From: Styela clava
Lineage: Eukaryota
NCBI RefSeq assembly: GCF_964204865.1
Contig: NC_135259.1
Span: 5,766,001-5,830,000 of the forward strand
DNA: 64,000 nucleotides
Direction of reading: 5' to 3'
The translations under genes and the position numbers were made by a program. Positions 53,576 through 64,000 of this stretch are shown piece by piece; within the stretch, counting starts at the first letter, position 1; each line of letters opens with the position of its first letter. A model generated the notes under the pieces. It made no database searches and was not told the origin of the DNA. It worked only from the letters and a program-made list of their open reading frames with translations.

Positions 53576-54436
53576 AATATGCATTAAATTTGATAACACA
53601 ATGTTAGTCACGCAATGTATCACAAAAAGTAAAATATTTAAAAAAACATTTCCAATCATTTCATTTAATATAAATGACAAAAAATTTATCTGACATGACT
53701 ATTGCGTGTCTGAATCAAATTAGAATCTATGGTTTCTCGAAGTAATATGCTAATTACTCTGCGTAGTTTTAAAATATTCTGAGAAAAACATTTCGTTTCT
53801 CACGCGATGTCACTAATAGCAGAACGATTTCCGATCGTCCAATATATCTGTCTGATCGTAACTTTGTCTTCAAATTTATGCTTTGTCACTCTAAAAAAAT
53901 AATGTGTGCCTGCTTTTCTTTTTTGAATTATTGTATCAAAATGTGTCATTTATCATATTTCAGAATTAAAACAGTTAAGAAACAAATGGATAATCATATA
54001 ATTTTATTAGTGGTTTGATATAAAAAAGATAACCTTCAATAAACATCTGATTTTACTGTATGAAAACATTTACTGCAAATCTGATAGAATTAATAGTAAT
54101 ATTATTGAATCAATGTGATTGAAATTTCAAAATTGTCGATTTCCTTCACAATTTCAAAATCAACTGTCTCACCTTAGAACATGATTAAATAAAGAAAAAA
54201 ATATATTCGAGATTGTTGAAATCTTGTAAATTTACCATAAATATGGGAATTGCAAACAAATATTTTTAAACAGAGAACATCAAAGGAATCATACTATGAA
54301 ACTAGTTCAAACCTGAAGCTATACAGTACTTCATTTCATTTGAATAAAAAAAAAAATTGCAAAAATTTATTTATACCCACAAAAATAAATGAGTACGAAG
54401 AGTACACAGAATTTCACCACGAAATTTGTGTATATG

Positions 54437-54902
54437 CAGGGCTGCCAAGGGCTACCTCCTTATTTCTAAGACTTGTCCTTATTTTGACATGTGTCCTTAT
54501 TTTGGTCCTTATTTTTATGGGTAGAGGTCCTGATACCAGGCACTTAGATTGGTCAATTCCAATGACTGATTTTCTAGAAATGATATTTTACGACCTCATT
54601 GATTACCACGCGCAATCTTTACGTAATAACCGCAAATTAATTGACACAGTGACAAAACAATAGCCTACCGGCCAAAATCAGTTCGTGTAACTTGAATCCA
54701 AATACAACTTGGAAATGAGATGGAACAGATTGTTTATATGAATAAAGAACTGCTGGAGCAAATCTTTTCTAGTGCAAAGTATGACTAGACACGGGTCGCA
54801 CTGGCACGAATACATTTTGTTTATTACATTTCGTTCTTTGTTATTCTATTATTATTTTTTCCTGATGTCCTTATTCTTGGGTTCATATCGATGGCAGCCC
54901 TG
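54437..54902. mobile_element. hAT MITE inserted in duplication copy 1 only
   Basis: TIR cagggctgcca / tggcagccctg, TSD tgtatatg/tgtatata. The empty site is visible in copy 2 at ~59960. Confidence 0.9.
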
Positions 54903-57707
54903 TGTATATATATATTGTCTTATTATCATGATCATCGATATACGTTACATAGAGGCTTAAATCTACGCCCGGTAAATGATATACGAAGTGTACATAGCGG
55001 AAATAGAATGAAGTATAAGATTCACAGCAGAGTAAGAAATACTCCATACTGAATTTTTTCAGTTTTTTACAGGAAAAAAATTCTAAACAAGAAATGCGAT
55101 TTATATCGCAACCATTCTGGGTAAAAACAATTAGAAGAGAATAATTCTGAGCTAATTTATAGGTTACTAACGAAATCCGAATAACTAGGGTGGTGCATTA
55201 TGCTGGAGTATGTATGTTTTTCTTAATTTGAACACAATTTCGAACTGGAATCTAGTTGAGGGTGAACTCTGTGACTATATGTGTACATGATGATTACTGA
55301 AAATGAAATGCAACACTACTCTGAATACCTAAGATTAGTCGATTAAGCCGTATTAGTATGTTTTGCATGAAATGTTGTGTTGCTTGCAGCTAGGTTGAAA
55401 ACAAATTCATTTGCTAAAACCTGAATATAAACGCTGAGCTACGGTCCAGCCTTGAAAAGTTTTAGAATAACTTTGTACAATGGTAAAGCCGCGGAGTATA
55501 TTCTATTTTTATTTCAAATTTGAACCAGAAATGTCTTTGTGACTCTTAATATGTGATCTTCTTTTTTTTTGGAAAAAATATTGTTTTATTCACTGTTAAA
55601 ACGCCTATGACTAACTCTGGCTGTGAAGTCTGAATAGCCGACTTCCTATATATATTAATTTGTTTGAACGTGGAAAGGTCATTTAACGAATATGTATTCT
55701 TTGAAGTTCAAAATCTAACAAACTTATAAAAATCATTGTGATTCATTCAAAAATCAATAGCGTTATTCTTTCGTGAAGAAGGATAATTCAATTTATCGGA
55801 TCAACCAATTAATATGGAAAAACAAACGTCCACTCCCACTAACACGAGCTCAAACCAAAATGGCGGATCAGATTCAAACAACGGTTTTACAAGTCGTGTT
55901 TCGCCCGCGGCTGTAACGCAAATCTCGGTCTGGGAAATGCATAAATTTCCATTCGTTGCGTGCGAACTATTCTAGCTTTAAACATCATTTACAAGTTCGG
56001 CAACCCTGATTATAGAATGATAATCAAACATCTGTCTTGTTTTCCGCGACATTGCGTGCAGACGATGACCGCACAAAGAACCACTACATCAAACTTCTTA
56101 GAAAAGCTACTTCCGAAATATCATAGAAAAATTAACATTCATTTCTTTTACCAATTATGAACTGTGAATAAAGTTAATATCCAGATCCGGTTTACAATTG
56201 GCCCATAAGTATTAAACGATATTAACGAGTTAAATAAAGAATTCTTTTTCTTGGATCTAATAACGGTCACAACATCTCGTGCTAATTCAGTCAATAACAG
56301 AGATTATCACGACCACGAAATACATCATCTTAACTATTCATATCATCACACGTCAAGTTTAGAGAATACCAGGCCGACATTTTTGCTTTTTCGAAGAAAG
56401 CATGACATATTATGGAAAGTATTTTTGACATTGTCTTTATACAGATACAGTATTTCGAAGCTTTTTTATTTCAAGTTTGAAACACTACCCCTTGTAAAAA
56501 AAATCAATTTTGTATAACTCTATTATGAGATTTGCAATTTACCATACAATTTTATTTAATCTTGGGGTATCCTTGCAATAATACGATAACATAAATGCAA
56601 GAAAAAAAGAATCGTTATTTGCCACCAAATCGAGTGACCATTGGGTTTCGCACAAACGACGTTTTCATTATCTGTGTTTTTGAGAAAAGTGATTTTTATG
56701 AATCTGAAGTTTAGAATGCGAAAAGTTGTTGTATATAATTAGGAGCGCTTGCCAAAAAAGTCAGTCTGACAAATAGACTGGATTATTTTTTTTTATTCTA
56801 TATCAGTGAGACCTTTGCTGCTGCATTAACGCTGATAGATATTTTATATTGGGTTTATATTTCCTAACTTTCAAATAAATACACGGACTACCGGTACTGG
56901 TTTCATCTTACAGGTTACTCCTATTACGAGACTTAATGAAGTTCATAATTGAGAACAGAGATTCACAAGCATATGTAGATGAAAATATGTAGAATTGTAG
57001 AGTAATGCAGTTGCAAAGTTTTTAAGACACGGGAAATTTTCGGGAATGGCATCCCAATCACGCAAGCAATAGTTCGTTTTGTTCACTTCTCTCTTGTTAC
57101 CCTCCCTAATCGCTTATATTTCTTTCGAAATCAATTTATAACAGTTAGTTAGCAAGTGACTATAACCAACGTGGGCTTTACAACTTTTAAATCAAGCAGA
57201 AATGACGAAAAAGGGTGCTGGCACAGACGATCTATATTACGTAAAAGTGTGACCAAATGAATGCTGAGCTTTTCTCGACAAAATTTCGCGAGAGCTCACT
57301 CATTTGTTACGTCAAAATTTATTCTTTGTAGCCAAATGTCATGAAAGGACAAAAAGAGTTTAAATAAATACCGGATTGTTAACAATCGATAATGAACAAA
57401 CGAACACCTATTTTCATCAGATAATTCATAGTCTTGAAACTTTTTATATAAAATAGAATGATCTCGTTTCCGAGGCCTCGCTCGCGTGCCGAATAAATGG
57501 GCTCACGTGCCAAGTTTGGCACGCCTGCGAGGGGTTGCCCACCCCTGGCTTAAACCATTCCCAACTCTTCACGTTCCTGCTCGAGCACGACTACTGGCGG
57601 ATAAAGTAAGCGATAAAAATCTTCTTAGCTCCGAGAATAGTTGCCACAGCTAAAATCAGACTGCAAGAAACAAAACCATTTCTAAAAATTGCAGCAAAAG
57701 CAACAAA

Positions 57708-60700
57708 GTTTTGCGTTTGTCATCACGCAATATTTGTATTACTGTGTCGAATAATAGTCGGAATACTGATAATAGGCCAAGACAAAATGACGCTTGAAAT
57801 ATTACATGAAAAACGTGGAATTTTGGTGAGTTGTACAGCAAAATGTATAAAGGCCCTATATTAAGCATTCTGAATCATAGGGGGCCTCTTGTTATTAGGA
57901 ATCCCGATACGAATCAGAAACTAGCCGTCGTAAAATGAGTTCTTACACCACCACAATTAACATTTTAAAAAAAATTTTTTTTGTGAGTTAATCTGTAAAT
58001 CCCAATAATACTTTGGATCACTCTTCATCTTAAAGATTAAAATTTCATTCCCTCTCCGAGAAGAATTTGCGAGAAATCGTGCGGAATTTGGATTTTCTAG
58101 TTTGCACGAAATGGTATTGTTGCATCTATTTGTTTCAGAACTGGATTAGATGATTGTGTTGCATGCGAATGATTGCGTGATTGAACATAATTCTCTCGTT
58201 TCATCTGCACGCAAGGTACTTTGAGGACGTTTTTCTCTCCTTTCGAAAGCGAACTCACGCGAGTAATAACAATAGGATGAAAACATGCATGAAGAATTTC
58301 ACATCATTGTTCACGATAATTGAATTTAGTGACTTTAAAACCGATTAAACAGTGGTTACAAATAAGCTTTTCTAAAATTTTCTAGTTGTTGTCTCGCTCT
58401 TTCGCTACCAAAAACTGTAACGTGAACGGCAACTCGTTTACATTTTGAAACAAGTAAAAACAATCCAGTAGTTTGATATTACGAACTAATTTTTTCAAAA
58501 TTCTCGATTTCGGTTGGTAACGCAATTTTGTGATTCAATTACACTTGCATTTGTATCCGAGTGTGCCATTCAAACACACAAGAAAACGCTCCTTCCTCAA
58601 CATAATACATGCAAATAATTTTCAAGCACTAAAAGTAAAATAAAATTTACAAAATATTTTAGTTTGAATTGGTTCAGATCATTGAATAAATATTACAAAA
58701 TTCTTGTTTTTTCATCTAATTTTAATAGGTTAACGTCGGTCGCATTGTCGGATGGACAGCAGCATAGTGTCCTCATATTTTTTACCAGTAATAATTTTAA
58801 ACTTTTATTTTCACCTGCTTTTCCACTCAAATAATAAATTCCATTAATCTTGTAAGAAGTACTTGACGAAATATACAAAAAGTGGTTCGATAAATATGAA
58901 TACAAGCATATAGTAAATTCCTCAACCAGTAAAATAAATAGCTATACATCAATGTTCGCCTGTATGGAGTTAAAAAAAATAGACATCGGTAAAAATGGCA
59001 TAGAATTTGATAACACAATGTTAGTCACGCAATGTATCATAAAAAGTAAAATATTTTGGAAAACATTTCTAAACGTCCATTAGCCATTTATAAAATCATC
59101 GGTTAAACTACTCTCATGTAATTAGGTATTATTTTTAAACAAGTTTTGCTTTTAAAAGTCATTTCGGATTATAAAAATGACAAAAACTTACCTGACATGA
59201 CTATTGCGTGTCTGAATCAAATTAGAATCTAGGATTTATTTGAAGTAATGTTTTAATTACTGTGCGTAGTTTTAAAATATTCTGAGAAAAACATTTAGTT
59301 TCGCACGCGATGTCACTAATAGCAGAGCGATTTCCGATCGTCCAATATATCTGTCTGATCGTAAATTTGCTTTAAAATTTATGCTTTGTCACTCTGAAAA
59401 AATAATGTGTGGCTGCCTTTTATTTTTGAATTATTGTTGCATCAAACAATTATCATTTACCACATTTCAGAATTAAATCATTCAAGAAACGAATGAATAA
59501 TGAAATAATTTTTATTAGTGTTTTGCTACAAAAGACAACAGAGAATATACATCTGTTTTTACTATATGGTCACTTTTACCGCGAATATAATAGATTTAAT
59601 AGTAATAATATTGAATCAATGTGATTGCAATTTTAAAATTTTAGATTTATTTCACAATTTCAAAATCAACGGTTTTCTCATTTTAGAAGTTGACTGAATA
59701 TAAAAAAATATTATAGATTGGTGAAATCTTGTAAATTCACCATAAATATGGGAATCAAAAACACTGTTTTCAAACAATAAACATCAAAGAAATCTCACTA
59801 TAATAAAATATTGTGCTTATCCTTCTTAGACGAGAAACTAGTTCAAAACTGAAACTACCAAATGCCCGATTTTATTCGGAATAAAAAAATTGCAAAAATC
59901 TATTTATACCCACAAAAATAAATGAGTACAAGGGGTACACAGAATTTCACAACAAAATTTGTGTATATATATATTGTCTTATTATCATGATCATTGATAT
60001 ACGTTATATAGAGCCCTAAATATAAGTCCGGTAAATCATATACGAAGTCCATAAAGTGAGAACAGAATGAAGCGTGAAGATTCACAGAGTAGGAAATAAT
60101 CCATACAGATTTTTTTTTAGTTTTTTTACAATAAAGAAATGTGATTTACATCGAAATCATTCTGAGTAAAAAATAAAAGAGAATATTTCTGAGCCAATTT
60201 ATGGGTAACTACTGAAATCCGATGAACTAGAGTGGTGCATTATGCTGGAGTATGTATGTTTTCTTAATTTGAACACAATTTCAAACTGGAATCTAGTTAA
60301 GGGTGAACTCTGACGATATATGTACATGGTGATTACCGAAAATAAAATGCAACACATCCCTGAATACTTAAGATTAGTCGATTGTGCCGTATTAGTATGT
60401 TTTGCTTGAAATGTTGTGTGGCTTGCAGATAGGTTGAAAGCATATTTATTTGCTAAGACCTGAATAAAAACGCTGAGTCACGAAAATTTTTTTTTAACTC
60501 TATATACAATGGTAAAGTTTGCAAAATAGAATCTGTCTTCATTTCGAATTTGAACCAGAAATGTCTTTGCGCCTCTTAATATGTGATGTAAGCACACGAG
60601 CACTAACGATTTATTCAAAGATGTTTTTAAAAAATCATTTTTTTTTTGGAGAAGATATTATTTTATTCACTGTTAAAACGCTGTTGTGCACTGTTTATAT

Positions 60701-61469
60701 CAACTCTGTTTGTGTAGTCTGAATAGCCGACTTCCTTAGAAATTAATTTGTTTACACGTAGAAAGCATAGCATATGATATTAGAATAAATTATATTGTTT
60801 ATTTGTGGGAAAATGCACAAGTAATGATCTTTTACGAATATGTATTATTTGAAGTTTAAAATCCAACAAACTTATAATAATCATTGTGATTCATTTAAAA
60901 ACCATGAGCGTAATTTCTTTTTTAAAGAAGAGTAATTCAACTTTTCAGATCAATCAATTATAGAAAAAACGACCACTCCCACTAACACGATCTCAAAACC
61001 AAAATGGCGGATCAGATTTCAACAACGGTTTTACAAGTTGTGTTTCGCCCGCGGCTGTAACGTAGATCTCGGTCTGGGAAATGCATAAATTTCCATTCGT
61101 TGCGTGCGAACTATTCTAGCTTTAAACATCATTTACAAGTTCGGCAACCCTGATTAGAGAACGGTAATCAAACTTTTGTCTTGTTTTCTGCGACATTGCG
61201 TGCAAACGATGACCGCACAAACAACCACTACATCAAACTTCGTAGAAAAGCTACTTCCGAAAAATTATACAAAAATTAACGTTTAGTGCTTTTACCAAAT
61301 ATGAACTGTAAATAAAGTTAATTTTCAGATCCGGTTTACATCAGGTCCATAAATATAAAACTATATTTATTTCTGGGATCTAATCAAGGTCACAATATCG
61401 CGTGCTAACTCAGTCAAAAACAGATATTAGCACGACCACGAAACACATCATTTTACCTATTCATATCAT
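57708..61469 (+). repeat. Tandem segmental duplication, copy 2
   Basis: Collinear with 52556-56347. Confidence 0.92.
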
Positions 61470-64000
61470 TTCGTGATGAATATATATATATATATATTTC
61501 TATTTTATCGATTTGGTCGACAACACGAAGTTATTTTCGCTGTATTTGGGCGATTTTTGGGCCACAATTTGTTGTCGCCCAAATAGTTTGGGCTTTATTT
61601 TCTACATAAATCCCTCAAGCAAAAAGTGAAACTTTTCGTCATTTTCAACATTACCCTCAACTATCACCACATAATGTTGGATTTGAAATTCAAGCAAAAA
61701 AACTCTGGTTTTTGCCGACAGTTTCTAGGCCTAGCTATATCCCGTTTTGCTATTTTTGCTAAATTGTGGCTACAAAAATAAATCATGATTTTCTCTTTTC
61801 TAGCCCGGTTATCTTTTGGCCAGAATTGGAGGATTAACAAGAAAAAATTTTCGCTATCGTATGGTATTCCAATAATTCACCGGAAACTTATCTGGGACTT
61901 GCGACACTGCTATGGTATATTTCACTCTGACAAAATGTGCAAATTGCAGACGAGACATATGACGTCATATATGGTCTGCGTCTGCTCTGTCAGGAGCGAT
62001 GAGAGAAGTTGGTTTTAGTTATCGTTTTGAATCAAAGGCAATTCAGTTTGTACATAAGGATGCGGGACATGTTATTATGTAAAACAAAGGCTCTGAGATA
62101 TTGTATGCAAAGAAATAGTTTGAGATGATGTTATCACTTTGAGTCTGCAAAGTATCTCGCTACCTAATTATGGAAGACATTAAAAAATATATGGAACAGA
62201 CGTGATAGTCCTATCCAGTGCGACAGAATAGGATTTCGCAGTAAATGTAGTCTAGTCCAATATTTTTTAAAAAAAGGTAAACTTTATATTATTTTGTAAA
62301 ATAAATTTATGTTTTGTTTTCCTAGTCACAGATTTGGGAAAAAACGAAGCTGACAGAAGATCATTGAACGTGTACGGAAGTCTGTCAGAGATCAGGAAAA
62401 GGAAAACTTTCCAAGCAAACTCGAGAACATTAAAATAGAAAGTTTATAGTATATATTTATAAGATAATTTTGAGTCATTTAAAAACATGTGGAAGGAAAA
62501 CTGTTATTTGAAGAACAAAAGGTTCAATGAGGATAAGACAAGTGAATATTGTCAGAAAAGCGTAAGGTCAATCTGGAAAAAGGTAGACACAGTAAATATG
62601 GGGAAAAAGACAAATTGGTTGCATCTCTATTAATTTATTTATAAGCCAGAACTATTGTACTCTAGAAAAGGTTATCTATTACAATCCATGAATATAAATA
62701 TAAGTTCAATAAAATTTCGGCAGGAGACGCACGCACCAATCGAATTTTGTAATCTGTGTATTGGGTTTCTCATGTCTTAAAATAGGACTGACCGGATTTT
62801 GAAACCCATGCCTATTTAGCAAAAAAATAGGTTATGATATATAGCGGTTATTGTAATATATATTCTTGATTACTATGTACTTTTCGCATGCAAATGTACT
62901 TTGTTCGAACACAATTTTTTGGAAATAAATCATGTGTGACCAGGTGTATACCACCGTGCTTATTTTAGCCGGAGATGTTAAAATACAACGCTGAGTTGAA
63001 TTGTTTGTCGGTCAATGGTACAAAACAGTCACTATAAACTGCATGGTCAGCGTAGGTCATTTTGCTGTTACCGATTTTGAAAGACTGATATTGGAGTGAG
63101 GGGTGGTCATGAGACGTTATAACAGTTGAAAAGCTGGATTGGTCGTGTAAAGCTGGGCGATTTTACTTCTATATAAAGCAACGATCTGCATTGCGTTGCA
63201 ATATTGCCATATCATCTTTATTGAACATATCAAGAAATGCGCATTTACGTTTTAATATTACTCCTACGCCCCTCTCTTTGAAGTCCCAGATGAGCGATTT
63301 CATAAAATTACAAAGAGGGTAAGATTTGGGTAAGTCCCTGCACCCTTGGCACAAATAGAAATAGCTACTATGACTTCAAGTTTACTGGTGACGCGGTTTA
63401 ACTTATTATCCAGTATACTTGCGTGAATAACATACGGATCTTCCGTACAACGGCAATTTTCGTATTCTGCGAAATTTTTTATATTAATTTATGACATCAT
63501 ATCACATGAACATCTCTGCTATGACGCCAAAATTAATTTCACTCAAAAAAACCGTATGACGTCACTATAATTTTTCACATTGTCGGAAATACATAATACT
63601 AATTACATTAACTGGTGTCACTAATTTCCGACTATCAAATGAGTTATGGTAACCTCTTGTACATTATAGGCTATTTTGGACGCATCTCACTCGGAAAAAT
63701 ACATTATCTGAAAATCGGAAATCGAACACTGCGCAGTTGAAATTCAGATTACAAAGAGCTAATTAGCCCTAAAATATATTTTAACGAACAGTGGCATATT
63801 TGAAACATCTGTGATCCTTTTAGCGACAGTATTCCTAATTAACAAATGGGATAAAAATTGTTACTTAGATTAGCGGAAATGTAGGAATTAGAAAAACTTT
63901 CTATATAGGAAGACTAGGTCGCTCATGCCGATGCCGGGTTATTTCGTTTTCCACTTTCATTCCCTTTGTTCTCCAGTTTTAATTATATGATTAAGCACGG

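Larger units (their letters stand above)
52556..56347 (+). repeat. Tandem segmental duplication, copy 1
   Basis: Collinear with 57708-61469, for example atcccgatacgaatcagaaactagccgtcgtaaaa and gggaaatgcataaatttccattcgttgcgtgcgaactattctagc in both copies. Confidence 0.92.
50099..63425. promoter_or_regulatory. Dense cluster of xenobiotic response elements (TNGCGTG) upstream of CYP1
   Basis: Sites found by eye start at 50099, 50131, 51024, 51195, 51216, 51245, 51352, 52062, 52335, 52366, 52573, 53028, 53063, 53116, 53609, 53702, 53801, 55956, 56052, 57059, 57482, 57724, 58173, 58208, 58256, 59026, 59204, 59304, 61100, 61196, 61398, 63419. Confidence 0.8.

Noticed and set aside
62000-63360. Possible decayed transposase or exon fragments
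   Set aside because: No recognisable motif or consistent reading frame.
1-64000. CRISPR arrays, rRNA or tRNA genes, prokaryotic defence systems
   Set aside because: The sequence is spliced eukaryotic DNA. I saw no regularly spaced repeat-spacer array and no structured RNA gene.

Overview
AT-rich, intron-containing animal genomic DNA. An invertebrate chordate such as an ascidian is likely, inferred from gene content and repeats rather than proven. Reading splice sites by hand gives five genes. (1) The last two exons of a + strand gamma-glutamyltranspeptidase (GGT) at 524-1031. (2) A secreted selectin-like protein on the - strand at 6711-21333: signal peptide, C-type lectin, 7 six-Cys sushi domains, a WAP domain and 2 Cys-rich repeats. 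(3, 4) Two tandem - strand GGT paralogues at 26801-31301 and 33739-40584 (possibly to 43935). (5) A 6-exon CYP1-family P450 on the - strand at 46640-50023. The strongest signal is non-coding: about 32 AHR/ARNT-type xenobiotic response elements (TNGCGTG, counted by eye) lie in the 13 kb upstream of the CYP1. Part of this array was amplified by a ~3.8-kb tandem duplication in which the motifs are retained. The GGT at 26.8-31.3 kb keeps its catalytic residues but has a remodelled gamma-glutamyl pocket. Introns and intergenic DNA carry many hAT-type MITEs, LINE relics and a Helentron-like element.
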